A stretch of 64,000 bases of DNA from an uncultured Verrucomicrobiae bacterium (GCA_963718565.1 OY970364.1:2220059-2284058); one strand, 5' to 3'. Shown: positions 40,345-50,842, numbered from the stretch's first letter. The notes: generated by a model from the sequence alone, not told the origin. Numbers and translations: made by a program.

Positions 40345-42096
40345 ATGACTCTGGCTCAACAGTCATCAGGTTTTTCATTACTTCCTTTGGATGTTCAGCG
40401 TGAGGTTATTGTTCATGTTTTGAAAATGGATGGTTGCCTTGGCTGCCGATTAGTATGTACTATTCATGATTGGATTCTGTAAAATTTTAAATTTCCCTAA
40501 AAAATATTTCAGCGATAGTGGATAATGCTTCTATGCAAAAGTTGTCCAATGAGCAGCGTTTATATTTAGAACAGCTTGTAAAAAAAACAAGAGATGTCAA
40601 CGAACGGAACCGTGTATGCGTCATTTTAGGTAGGGATGATTGCCACAGTCCAGGGGAAATAGCGGCGATTTTAAGAATTAGCGAGTCGTCCGTTTATGAT
40701 TATCAAAGAGAATACGATGCCAAGCAAAAAACTATCAATGATCCACATTTGGGAAAGGCCTCCAAGTTAACCCTAGACCAAGAAGATGCGCTGAGGAGAC
40801 ATTTGAGTCAAATAACGTATCTCAAAATGAGCAAAATTTGTCTCTACGTTCTAGACGCATATCAAGTGAAATACACTGTGGCTGGTATGACAAATTGGTT
40901 GAAGAGGCATGGATTTGTTTATAAACATCCAATCAAAGTACCAGGAAAGCTCGATCCCGAAAAACAAGCTGCGTTCCTTAAAAAATACAATGAATTGAAA
41001 GCCGGTCTCCAAGAAGGCGAGAAAATTTTCTTTGGAGATGCTGTACACCCTGAGTATCAGAGCCAGTCTGTGGCTGGGTGGATCCTAAAAAACGAAATAA
41101 AGACATTAGGAACAACCGCTAAGCAAGAGCGATTGCATTTTATTGGTGCCATTGAATTGACTGCAATGCAAGTCGTGACGAAGGAATATAGCACTGTGGA
41201 TGCTGCAAGTGCGGTCGATTTTCTCCAAACGTTAGCGGCTAATACAGATGCAAAAAAAATCCACTTAATCTTAGACAACGGCAGATCAAACAAGAATAAG
41301 GAAGTGCAAAAATATTTGGATAGCCAAACCAAAATTCAAATACACTACTTACCTCCGTATTCCCCAAATTTGAATGCTATTGAGCGTTTATGGAAAGTTA
41401 TGAGAGAGTGTGTTACTTATAATACACTGTATTCAAAATTCAATGAATTTACTGAGAAAATTAGAGATTTTTTCAACACTGGCGTTATTAATTTAAAAGA
41501 CATGCTGAAAAAGCGAATTAACGACAATTTCCAAACAATTGAACTCAATCCTCTCCAGACTTCAATTTTCTAGAGTATGTAAAGATTTTTTCTTTTTATC
41601 TAACGCTGTTATCAAATCGATCTGGTTAGCTCTTGCAAATCACCCGCCTCCTGGACCTTTGGATGTTTCTTTAGCCGTTGAAAGAGTTAAAAAGCGCTTT
41701 ACAGCACAGAACGGAGCATTGCGTACAGACCTGAATTATCTTGAGCTATTTCGAGGACTTAACCAGGAATGGAAGAAAACAGAAATAATGATACCGGATG
41801 GGGAGCTGAAGATTACTTATAGTCATTTCGAAAATCTTCAGGTTCAGCTTTATTGCCGTTGCTTAGATTTTAGCCTGATGATGTTGTGGGATAAAGTATG
41901 GCTTAAAATGAGTCTTTTTGCTTGGACTTCTCGAGATCCTAAAGAACTGCGGCACTGGTTGTGCGATCAAGAAACAGAATTGATACGGTCTACCGTGGAT
42001 AAGATCGATCTTTCCGATGAAGGAATTCGGTATCTTCCCGTGGAGACCTGTTGTTTTCCAAACCTCATCACTAAATCTAGTGGATATAGGCGATAA
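40345..42096 (+). pseudogene. F-box domain protein with LRR-like C-terminus, interrupted by IS630
   Basis: Removing 40458-41579 gives MTLAQQSSGFSLLPLDVQREVIVHVLKMDGCLGCRLVCKDFFFLSN...IDLSDEGIRYLPVETCCFPNL. Confidence 0.75.
40458..41577 (+). mobile_element. IS630-family element, copy 2 (transposase 40518-41573)
   Basis: Protein identical to copy 1; flanked by a TG dinucleotide repeat. Confidence 0.93.
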
Positions 42097-42179
42097 GCCG
42101 GTGTTATTGACCTGATTTTCTCTCAAGTTGAAAAATTCCATAGAGGAGTTTATAATGCTCGAATTTAGGACATAAAAAA

Positions 42180-42851
42180 ATGGATTGGATTCAAGACTAT
42201 CAAGTTTTTCTTTTTGATTTTGATGGACTGCTCGTCGACACCGAACCTCTGCATTTCGCTTCCTATAGGGAGCTTTGCCGGCGTTATGGATGCGAGATGA
42301 ACTGGGATTTTCAAAAATTCTGCCGTGAAGCCCATAACAAAGCAATGGGGATTTGGGATGCCATTGCTCGTGAGTTTCCGCGTGTTTTTGAAAATGAGCC
42401 TTGTAGAGAGGTTCTTTATGAAGAAAAAAAGAAGATTTATGTGGAGCTTCTCAAAAAGAGCCACTTAGAGTTGATGGAAGGAGTCTCTTCTCTTTTGACT
42501 ACATTAGAAGAAAAGGGGATCAAACGAGCTGTTGTCACTAACTCCCCGCGCGAACATATCGACATCATCAAGGAGTCGTTGCCGCTCCTCAAATCTATTC
42601 CTTTGTGGGTCACTCGAGAAGATTATTCCAGCCCTAAACCTTCACCTGAAGGTTATCTTACCGCGATCAATCAATTGATGAAATCCCGTGATCGAGTCAT
42701 TGGCTTTGAAGATACTCTCAAAGGCTTGAAAGCGCTTCTTTCTGCTGGGGTTGAGAGTGTCTTGATTTGTCCTGCGCAGAGCGAGCATGTCAAAGAATGC
42801 ATTGCGCTTGGTGCCAAGCATTATGAATCTCTCTCTTCAATTAATATGTGA
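42180..42851 (+). CDS. HAD-family phosphatase
   Basis: FDFDGLLVDTE, VVTNS, KPSPE, FEDTLKG. Confidence 0.9.
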   Translation: MDWIQDYQVFLFDFDGLLVDTEPLHFASYRELCRRYGCEMNWDFQKFCREAHNKAMGIWDAIAREFPRVFENEPCREVLYEEKKKIYVELLKKSHLELMEGVSSLLTTLEEKGIKRAVVTNSPREHIDIIKESLPLLKSIPLWVTREDYSSPKPSPEGYLTAINQLMKSRDRVIGFEDTLKGLKALLSAGVESVLICPAQSEHVKECIALGAKHYESLSSINM

Positions 42852-43587
42852 CTTCGATAAGATAGAGACCATGAGGGGGCGCTGATCTGCCCGCAAGTCT
42901 TCGATCCTTTGCTGATAAGATAAAGGGAATCTGATCTTTATCAATTTTTCCGCAGCAGATATCCAAAAGGGTGCCGATGATATTCCGCACCATTTTATAT
43001 AAAAAACCGTCTCCTTGAAGTTCTAACCGTACACCACCAGGCTCTTGAATCATGTCCAAACGTTGTATTGTTCTCACAGCGTTTTTGGCAGCTGCCCCTC
43101 GGTTTGCTTCATTTGCAAAAGACGTAAAGTCGTGCGTTCCGATGAATGCGGATGCAGCTTCTTTAAGCAGGGAAAGATCGACAGGATGCGGGACATGGTA
43201 GGCATAGTGGATTTTAAAAGGATCTGGAACTCTGTCGAGGTGCAAACGGTAATGATAGGTTTTGGAAATCGCGGAGTAGCGAGCGTGGAAATTTAGGGGA
43301 ACTTCCACGATGTCGAGAATGCGGATTTCCTCAGGAAGAAGGCCATTGAGGGAAGCCATTGACTTAAAAGTATCGATCGGGCCGTGTGCTGTAAAGTGAG
43401 CCGTCTGCCCAAGTGCATGCACACGTGCATCTGTTCGTCCGGATCCGGTAATGGAAGTCGGTGTACGAAGGATAATTTCCAAAGCCTGCTCAATTAAAGA
43501 CTGAATGGAAATGGCATTGGATTGTATTTGCCAGCCGCTGTAATTTGTCCCATCGTAGGCGATGGTCATTTTATACTTGTTGTTCAT
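42841..43587 (-). CDS. truA: tRNA pseudouridine(38-40) synthase
   Basis: YDGTNYSGWQ, GRTDARVHALGQ, FHARYSA, GFLYKMVRNI. Confidence 0.96.
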   Translation of the reverse strand: MNNKYKMTIAYDGTNYSGWQIQSNAISIQSLIEQALEIILRTPTSITGSGRTDARVHALGQTAHFTAHGPIDTFKSMASLNGLLPEEIRILDIVEVPLNFHARYSAISKTYHYRLHLDRVPDPFKIHYAYHVPHPVDLSLLKEAASAFIGTHDFTSFANEANRGAAAKNAVRTIQRLDMIQEPGGVRLELQGDGFLYKMVRNIIGTLLDICCGKIDKDQIPFILSAKDRRLAGRSAPPHGLYLIEVTY

Positions 43588-43602
43588 CTAAGAGTCTGTC
43601 TA

Positions 43603-43637
43603 AGAAAGGCAGAATGCAGCTTTTAGCTGCATTCTGC
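43603..43637 (-). terminator. Hairpin downstream of the SWIB gene
   Basis: GCAGAATGCAGCT-TTT-AGCTGCATTCTGC followed by CTTTCTT on the minus strand. Confidence 0.55.
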
Positions 43638-43649
43638 AGGCGAAAACAG

Positions 43650-43907
43650 TTACGAGAGATGCTTGCTGACGAGTTTTGTCATTTCAAACATATTGATCGT
43701 TTTCTTGCTACCGAAAACTTTAGTGAGCTTGTCATCTGGATTGATGTTACGCTTATTTTTTGTGTCTTGGCACTTGTGAGCTTTAATATAGGCCCACAGT
43801 TTTTTTGTCACTTCAGTACGAGGCATTGGTCCTCTGCCAACAATCGCAGCGAGTTCTTCGCTCACCTGCATCGGCTGCATGAATTTGGATTTTTTCTCTT
43901 TTGCCAT
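43650..43907 (-). CDS. SWIB/MDM2 domain protein
   Basis: SEELAAIVG..PMPRTEVTKKLWAYIK...QDTKNKRNINPDDKL...INMFEMTK. Confidence 0.93.
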   Translation of the reverse strand: MAKEKKSKFMQPMQVSEELAAIVGRGPMPRTEVTKKLWAYIKAHKCQDTKNKRNINPDDKLTKVFGSKKTINMFEMTKLVSKHLS

Positions 43908-44221
43908 TTGCTATCTCCTTATATGTCCGATAAGCATTCCCTAACGTTAAGGGCATTAGCTTATTAAACTGTTTACAGGCCTATCCTCACAAATTTTTTG
44001 GATAGACTTTCGAGGTGTGTTCATTTTTATTCCTCGAATGACAAGTTGTATCTCTCTTACGATTTTATAGTCAAAAAAAATCGTTGTAGATTGTGCCAGA
44101 AAAAGGGAATTCCCCTCTGGGTGGTTTGGCTTAGCATATTGATTTACAATGTGTTATGACTCATTAAGGTCGATGTAAAATTCTTCGAGGAAAATTCAAA
44201 GGAAAGACGACAAAATACTAT

Positions 44222-44336
44222 AGAGGGAATTGCAAAACTAACAAAACGGGGTGATTTCCTGGGGGAGATTAAGCTGATTAGCTAAATAATTTCCCCCAGA
44301 AAATCACCCCGTTTTGTTAGTTTTGCAATTCCCTCT
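44222..44336. repeat. Palindromic repeat family E, long copy
   Basis: AGAGGGAATTGCAAAACTAACAAAACGGGGTGATTT...AAATCACCCCGTTTTGTTAGTTTTGCAATTCCCTCT. Confidence 0.85.
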
Positions 44337-44418
44337 CTATACTACCCGGTTAAAAAACGCATTTGGCTCTTGCTTTTAGTTGACATTCGTGGCAATTTTT
44401 CCCATTTTGAGTGGGTTT

Positions 44419-46575
44419 ATGTCTGAGTCTTATATCGTCAATGAGAACGAGCGACTTTTTCGTTTGGTCGAAGGCCTCAAAAATTGTTGCAGTGATCGAG
44501 AAAAAATCGCGTTGCTCGATCGAGATCCGTTTGTTAAGCAATGGCTGCAAAATCCCAGCTGGCTCCGTACGTTTTCGCAACTTTTAAGCCAAGAATGCGA
44601 GCTGATCATCAAATCCTTGGTCGCTATTGGTCAAGAAAACCATCTCCTCCAATCTGCGGGAGAAGCACACTCTCTTTCGGAAAAATTACGTGTGCTGCTG
44701 GAAGAATTGTTTCCCATCGAAGCTTTTTACAAAGAGATGGGTGGAATTGTAGGCTACCATTGGACTTTATTTTCCTTTTTGTCTCAAGAGGTGCATGCCA
44801 CTGAGGATCGTGGATACTATCACCGTCCTCCAGGAATAGATATCTCTTTTGAAAATCAAAGCGTGCGCGAACTTGTTCTTCATGGAATCGGTTCTTTGCC
44901 ATTGCTTTCAGAGATATATCCTGTGGGTGGTGCCGCCGATCGACTTAAATTAGTAGAAGCGCAGACAGGTCAACCTCTTCCGGCTGCCAAACTTCTCTTT
45001 TGCGGATATTCGTTATTAGAAGGTCTTATTCGCGATCTTCAAGCTCGTGAATATCTCTATTTCAAACTTTTTGGAAAACAGATCGTCACTCCTATTGCGA
45101 TGATGACATCTTCGGAAAAAGACAATCATCGGCATATCTTATCCCTGTGTGAAGAAAAAAAATGGTTCGGGAGGCCGAAGAGTTCTTTCCGCTTTTTTTG
45201 CCAGCCTGTCGTCCCCACAATGGACAAACAGGGGAAGTGGTGTTTGAGTGGACCGATGAAGTTATTGATGAAGCCGGGTGGGCATGGTGTTCTTTGGAAA
45301 GTCGCTAAGCAAGAAGGGGTCTTTGATTGGCTAGAAAGTTTGGGAAGGAAAAAAATCTTGATCCGGCAAATTAATAATCCGATAGCGGGAACAGATTACG
45401 GGCTGCTCGCGTTTTGCGGGATAGGATTTCGCGAGGACAAAGTCTTTGGATTTGCATCGTGTCCTAGACAGGTGCAATCCGCGGAAGGGGTGAACATACT
45501 CATCGAAAAAAAACTCTCTACGCATACGACCTTTTGCCTGACCAATATTGAATATTGCGACTTTCCTAAATTTTCTATCGAGGACGTTCCGATGGAGCCC
45601 GGAAGTCTTTTTTCTCAATTTCCTTCCAATACGAATATTTTATTTGCGGATATCGCTTCGATCAAAAAGACTGTTAAGGACTGTCCTATCCCTGGGATGC
45701 TCGTCAATCTCAAAATGCTATCTTACATGGATGGGGAGGGCTGTGTGCAAAGCAAAGAGATCGCCCGACTAGAATCTACGATGCAGAATATTGCAGATTG
45801 CTTTGTGGAATCCTCTGAGCCTTTCCTACCGCCCAATCACGGGGCATTGCGTACTTATTTAACCTATAACCATCGGCGCAAAACAATCTCGACGGCGAAA
45901 AAGTTATTTCTAGAAGATTCGCTTTTAGAAACACCCGAAGGCTGTTTTTATGACCTGCTTCAAAATGCTCATGATCTTTTAACAAATTACTGCAATGTTT
46001 CTCTCCCTTCTCTCCCTGATGTTGAATCCTATATTCGAAATGGTCCTCCCTTTCTATTTTTGTATCATCCTGCGCTAGGGCCGCTCTATTCCATTATTGG
46101 TCAAAAGATTCGCGGCGGCAAGTGGGGGCTTCGCAGTGAGCTTAAACTTGAAATTGCAGAGGTTGATATCTCGCATTTAAATCTTTCTGGTTCTTTGCAT
46201 ATCTCTGCCGAGCGGATCATTGGGCAGCTGGATCACAATGAAACTTTGCAATATTCTGAAAAGGTCGGGTGCTGTCGACTCATCAATGTTGTGATAGAAA
46301 ACCGGGGAATCAGTCCACACCTTCCTCATGTTTATTGGAAAGGAGAAATCCAGCGCGAAGAGCTTTGCGAAATTATCATTGATGGAGATGGAGAATTTTA
46401 TGCGGAAAATGTCCTTTTGCGTGGAAACATCAAAATTCAAGTCAGTAGCGGAACACGACTCATTGCTTTTGAAGAAAATGGAGAATTAAAATTTAAGGAG
46501 GAGCCTTTGGATCGTCTTAAGAGAACATGGACATATCATCTTCTCGATGACAATACCATCCAATTATCCCATTAA
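44419..46575 (+). CDS. UTP--glucose-1-phosphate uridylyltransferase family protein (UDPGP, plant UGP3-like)
   Basis: YPVGGAADRL, KPGGHGVLW, IRQINNP, EGVNIL, TNIEY, FPSNTNILF, RLESTMQNIAD. Confidence 0.8.
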   Translation: MSESYIVNENERLFRLVEGLKNCCSDREKIALLDRDPFVKQWLQNPSWLRTFSQLLSQECELIIKSLVAIGQENHLLQSAGEAHSLSEKLRVLLEELFPIEAFYKEMGGIVGYHWTLFSFLSQEVHATEDRGYYHRPPGIDISFENQSVRELVLHGIGSLPLLSEIYPVGGAADRLKLVEAQTGQPLPAAKLLFCGYSLLEGLIRDLQAREYLYFKLFGKQIVTPIAMMTSSEKDNHRHILSLCEEKKWFGRPKSSFRFFCQPVVPTMDKQGKWCLSGPMKLLMKPGGHGVLWKVAKQEGVFDWLESLGRKKILIRQINNPIAGTDYGLLAFCGIGFREDKVFGFASCPRQVQSAEGVNILIEKKLSTHTTFCLTNIEYCDFPKFSIEDVPMEPGSLFSQFPSNTNILFADIASIKKTVKDCPIPGMLVNLKMLSYMDGEGCVQSKEIARLESTMQNIADCFVESSEPFLPPNHGALRTYLTYNHRRKTISTAKKLFLEDSLLETPEGCFYDLLQNAHDLLTNYCNVSLPSLPDVESYIRNGPPFLFLYHPALGPLYSIIGQKIRGGKWGLRSELKLEIAEVDISHLNLSGSLHISAERIIGQLDHNETLQYSEKVGCCRLINVVIENRGISPHLPHVYWKGEIQREELCEIIIDGDGEFYAENVLLRGNIKIQVSSGTRLIAFEENGELKFKEEPLDRLKRTWTYHLLDDNTIQLSH

Positions 46576-46601
46576 AAAAGGCAGCAGGTAAGACCTGCTG
46601 C
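46573..46601 (-). terminator. Rho-independent terminator between convergent genes
   Basis: GCAGCAGGT-AAG-ACCTGCTGC with an adjacent A-run (U-run on the minus strand). Confidence 0.65.
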
Positions 46602-46630
46602 TCAGAAAACTTAAATAGGGGGCCCGACAT

Positions 46631-46948
46631 TTAAGCATTTGTTGTTGCGGACGTAGCAGGAGGAGTTGTATCAGTGCCCCTGCAGAAAACATTAGTGATG
46701 ATCGCAGTAGCGATCGCACCGAATGTGCACGCTACAGTTGCGACGAAGAGAGATTGTTTATTTTCTTGAGCGAATGTTTTGAGGTTTTCAAAGTGGGGCT
46801 TTATAAATTCAGCCACTTTTTGTGCGCCTTCAATAGCGAAAGCACCAGCAGCAGTTACAGTTCTGCCGATCCAAGAAGCTGCAGCGGAAGCAAAATCCTT
46901 GATTCCATCGCAGCAGTTAGAAAGTGCATCTTGAATTCTCATTGACAT
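46631..46948 (-). CDS. Small hypothetical membrane protein
   Basis: 105 aa, strong SD AGGAGG, hydrophobic stretch LFVATVACTFGAIATAIITNVFC. Confidence 0.7.
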   Translation of the reverse strand: MSMRIQDALSNCCDGIKDFASAAASWIGRTVTAAGAFAIEGAQKVAEFIKPHFENLKTFAQENKQSLFVATVACTFGAIATAIITNVFCRGTDTTPPATSATTNA

Positions 46949-47240
46949 AATGACCTCCTGATAGAGATGTAGTTAAATTTCTCAAAGAGAAACCGTCCAG
47001 ATATAAGCATCATATCGGAAAGCGAAGTTTGTGGAAATGTTTTTCCTTGTCTCTTTAGCCTTCTCGAAATCGCTTAATCAGACTTTTCGAGGGGTTTTGC
47101 AATTCCCTCTCTTCTTTAACGAGTTCTCTCGAAACTGCGGTTGATTATAGTCTCTATCAGATTATTGTAAAGAGCTGGTTAAGGTTGTATAAATTTAAAA
47201 AACCGTTTTGTTTGATGCATAGAATTGTCTCATGGCTTTT

Positions 47241-47269
47241 TTGACATATTTTTAAAGATGTGAGATACT
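47241..47269 (+). promoter_or_regulatory. Sigma-66/70 promoter of prfB
   Basis: TTGACA-N17-GATACT. Confidence 0.6.
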
Positions 47270-47301
47270 CTAGTAATCTATAGAGGAGCAGTGAACATGA
47301 C

Positions 47302-48397
47302 ATGAACGAGCAAATCCAAGACCTCATCAAAAGCATCGAAAATCGTTTTCTTCACATGTGGAGGTATCTTTGACTTGGCTACAAAGGAAAAAAAAGTTCA
47401 AGAGTTAGAAGTGAGGATGGAAGCTTCCGATTTTTGGAAGGATAATGTGGCTGCTCAGAAAGTTATCGATACATGCAACGCTTTAAAGATCTGGACAGTG
47501 CCGTATAAGGAACTGAAGCAAAGATTTGAGAATGTTAGGTCTTTTCTTCCTGAGGTCGATATGGCCAGTGATGCGGAGTTTTTTGCTCAGCTTGTCGGAG
47601 AATTGAACAGTGTTGACAGAGCACTTTCGGAACTAGAAATCCGAAGAATGCTTTCCGGGGAGCTGGATAATAAAAACTGCTTTTTGAGTATTAATGCGGG
47701 TGCTGGAGGAACAGAAGCTTGCGACTGGGCTTTGATGCTTTCGCGAATGTACCAGCGGTGGGCAATCAAGCGGGGATGGAAAGTTGAGATTTTGGCGACA
47801 GTGGATGGAGATGTCGCTGGCTTTAAAAGCGTCACGATGAAATTTACCGGCCCCTATGCTTATGGTTATTGCAAGTCGGAACGGGGGGTTCATCGACTTG
47901 TCAGGATTTCTCCTTTTGATAGCAATGCTAGACGCCATACCAGCTTTGCTTCTGTCGACATCACACCGGAAATCGATGAAGATATTCAAGTTGAGATCAG
48001 ACCGGAACATATCCGAGTCGATACCTATCGAGCTTCTGGAGCGGGAGGGCAGCATGTGAATAAAACAGATTCCGCTGTGCGGATCACGCATATTCCAACG
48101 GGGATTATTGTTTCGTGTCAGACGGAACGAAGCCAGGTTCAAAATCGTGAGACATGCATGAAAATGCTGCGCTCAAAGCTCTACGAAAAAGAGTTGATGG
48201 AACGCGAAAGCAAGTTAAAAGAAATGGCAGGTGAAAAAAAAGAGATTGCTTGGGGAAGTCAAATTCGTAATTATGTTTTTCAACCCTATACCCTTGTCAA
48301 AGACACGCGGACAAAGTATGAGGTCGGTGATATTCACGCGGTAATGGATGGGGATTTGGACGATTTTATCAACGCCTACCTTAAGGAGTTTGGATAA
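47302..48397 (+). CDS. prfB: Peptide chain release factor 2 (programmed +1 frameshift)
   Basis: ATG 47302...GGAGGTAT-CTT-TGA-C slippery site at 47368-47374; SPF and GGQ motifs downstream. Confidence 0.96.
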
Positions 48398-48400
48398 GAC

Positions 48401-48898
48401 ATGGCAGATATTCCTGGACTTGATATCCGATATACATATGTCACCGATACTCCTTATTTGAGAGATTGGCTGCACAATCCTGAAGTGCAAAAATGGTTTC
48501 CCGTTTCGGAAGAGCGCGAGATCGAAGATGCTATTCAATGCTGGATTGGTTTTAGCCGTTATAGTTCCAGTTTGACCGCAACTCTTAATGGCACTCCTTG
48601 CGGAATAGGAACTCTTTTCTTAATGCCCTACCGCAAAGTCGCTCATCATTGTTTATTTAAATTGGTTGTCAATCCTAAGCAGCAGCGCAAGGGAATAGGA
48701 TCTTCTTTGCTGAAGAATTTAAAACATTTGGCGAAAAATTACTTTCACCTCGACTTGATTCACATTGAGGTCTTTGAGGGAAATCCGTTTATTGGGCTGC
48801 TGCAAAAATTCGATTTTCATGAGTTTGCACGCCAAGAACGTTTTGTCAAAGATCAAGATGGCTATAAAGGACGTGTTTTATTTGAAAGTTTTCTATAG
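48401..48898 (+). CDS. GNAT-family N-acetyltransferase 1
   Basis: VNPKQQRKGIGSSLL motif A. Confidence 0.88.
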   Translation: MADIPGLDIRYTYVTDTPYLRDWLHNPEVQKWFPVSEEREIEDAIQCWIGFSRYSSSLTATLNGTPCGIGTLFLMPYRKVAHHCLFKLVVNPKQQRKGIGSSLLKNLKHLAKNYFHLDLIHIEVFEGNPFIGLLQKFDFHEFARQERFVKDQDGYKGRVLFESFL

Positions 48899-48912
48899 GA
48901 CTAAAACAATTC

Positions 48913-49413
48913 ATGCAACAGCTCTCTTCACCACTGACTTTTCGCACAACCATCGCTGATGATGCCCCCTATCTTTTGCGGTGGCTGTCTGATCCTAAAA
49001 TCCTTCGCTGGTTTCCGATGTTCGATGCTCGTGAAATTGAAGATGCTGTACGGATTTGGATTGGCTACTCTAAAATTGAAGCTGGTATTACTGCATTATA
49101 TCATTCTGAACCTTGTGGCATGGCAAATCTCTATATTCAACCGTATAAAAAACTTGCCCACACTTGTCTTTTCTCCATTATTGTTAGCGAAGAAATGCGC
49201 GGCAAGGGAGTTGGCAAGCAACTGCTTGATCATCTCATGAAGTACGCTAAGGAAAAGTTTAAAATCGAAATTCTCCATCTTGAAGTCTATGAAGGTAATC
49301 CTGCCAAACATCTTTATGAACGAGCTGGATTCAAAGAATTTGGCTGCCAGACGCATTTTATTAAAGAAAATGGAAAATATATCCCCAAGATTTTCATGCA
49401 AAGAAATCTATAA
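48913..49413 (+). CDS. GNAT-family N-acetyltransferase 2 (tandem paralog)
   Basis: VSEEMRGKGVGKQLL, NPAKHLYERAGF; aligns along its length with the upstream GNAT. Confidence 0.88.
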   Translation: MQQLSSPLTFRTTIADDAPYLLRWLSDPKILRWFPMFDAREIEDAVRIWIGYSKIEAGITALYHSEPCGMANLYIQPYKKLAHTCLFSIIVSEEMRGKGVGKQLLDHLMKYAKEKFKIEILHLEVYEGNPAKHLYERAGFKEFGCQTHFIKENGKYIPKIFMQRNL

Positions 49414-49426
49414 ACTCAAGACATCG

Positions 49427-49918
49427 ATGCGTTTTTTCATTTTCCCTCGTTTGAAGAAGATGTTCAAAAATAAACCCACGTCCTCTCGTCATCCGAAAAA
49501 AAAATCCGGGACTCTCTCTCTTCGATCTTCTAAGATCCAGACGAAAGGTGAATGTTACGATTTGAAAGCGATATACGATGTGTTAAATCAAGACTATTTT
49601 AAAAATGAATTAAACTTAGAGATCACTTGGTTTGGCAGTGCTTACCGCAAAGCAAGACGACATCGTAAGCTCGGCCTTTTCTGTTTCCTGACAAACCGTA
49701 TTAAAATCCACCGTCTTCTCGACCAACCGCATTTTCCTCCTTACTTTATCTCTTACGTCGTCTATCATGAGATGCTTCACAGTGTTTGTCCTCCCGTCAA
49801 AGCCAAAAAGGGGAGATATCGCATCCATCATTCGAATTTTAAAGTACGGGAAAGAGAATTTGCCCATTATGCGGTCGCAAAACATTGGGAAGAAGAAAAT
49901 AGAAAATTGTTCTTTTAA
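49427..49918 (+). CDS. SprT-like / zincin metalloprotease domain protein
   Basis: LNQDYF, IKIHRLLD, YVVYHEMLH, HHSNF; start uncertain. Confidence 0.7.
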   Translation: MRFFIFPRLKKMFKNKPTSSRHPKKKSGTLSLRSSKIQTKGECYDLKAIYDVLNQDYFKNELNLEITWFGSAYRKARRHRKLGLFCFLTNRIKIHRLLDQPHFPPYFISYVVYHEMLHSVCPPVKAKKGRYRIHHSNFKVREREFAHYAVAKHWEEENRKLFF

Positions 49919-49964
49919 AAGAGAGAATTGTAATTCCCTCTAAAGGTGATTCAAAGAGAGCTTT

Positions 49965-50684
49965 ATGGCAGGACATAGTAAATGGGCCAATATCAAGCAT
50001 CGCAAAGGAAAAGCAGATGTGATCAAAGGAAAGGTTTTTTCGCGGTTGACCAAAGAAATTATTAGCGCTGTCAAACAAGGAGGACCTGATCCGAAGTCCA
50101 ATGCCAAACTGAGGCTAGTGATCCAAAAGGCCCGTGCTGCAAATCTCCCCAGCGATAATATCGAACGCAACATTAAAAAAGCCGCGAATCCGGACCAGGC
50201 GGATTTCCAGCAAATGTCCTATGAACTTTATGGATATGGCGGTGTAGGAATCATTGCAGAGGTGATGACAGATAATAAAAACCGCATTTCTTCGGAGATG
50301 CGTATTGCAACAAATAAAAAAGGCGGTACGATTGCAAGTCCTGGATCTGTCGCATTTAATTTTGATCGCAAAGGGGTGATTCAGGTTCTTAAAAAAAATG
50401 CGATAGAGGAAGAATTATTTTTAGCCACAGCTGGGGCCGGAGCGGAAGATTTTGACATTACGGATGATTTTTTTATCATTACGACACCTCCTGATCAGCT
50501 TTTTCAAGTGAAAGAGAAAATAGAGCAGCTTGGCATTACCTGTGAAGAAGCTGAGCTGCAAATGCTCCCTAAAGTCTATGTCGAATGCGATCCTGAGACA
50601 CAAAAACTTAATCTCGACCTCATTGAGTATCTTGAAGCTCTCGAAGATGTAGATTCTGTTTATCATAATATGAAAATAGAATAA
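49965..50684 (+). CDS. yebC: YebC/PmpR family protein
   Basis: MAGHSKWANIKHRK, TDNKNR, LEDVDSVYHN. Confidence 0.95.
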   Translation: MAGHSKWANIKHRKGKADVIKGKVFSRLTKEIISAVKQGGPDPKSNAKLRLVIQKARAANLPSDNIERNIKKAANPDQADFQQMSYELYGYGGVGIIAEVMTDNKNRISSEMRIATNKKGGTIASPGSVAFNFDRKGVIQVLKKNAIEEELFLATAGAGAEDFDITDDFFIITTPPDQLFQVKEKIEQLGITCEEAELQMLPKVYVECDPETQKLNLDLIEYLEALEDVDSVYHNMKIE

Positions 50685-50700
50685 AAGTTTTAAAAGCTTA

Positions 50701-50842
50701 TACCCTTCGTGGATGAAAAATTTGAATGCAAAAAATTTTGCTTGACTGCATAATGTGTGCATGCATTTTTTGACCGATCAAGAAAGAACACAACTCAAGA
50801 TCCAACACAAGTAAGAGCACGATGGGCGAATACGCGATCGGA
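50701..50842 (+). pseudogene. Left-end remnant of a second IS630-like element
   Basis: ATG 50761 MHFLTDQERTQLKIQHK*EHDGRIRDRI resembles the N-terminus of the IS630 transposase in this window; truncated by a MITE D fragment. Confidence 0.55.
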
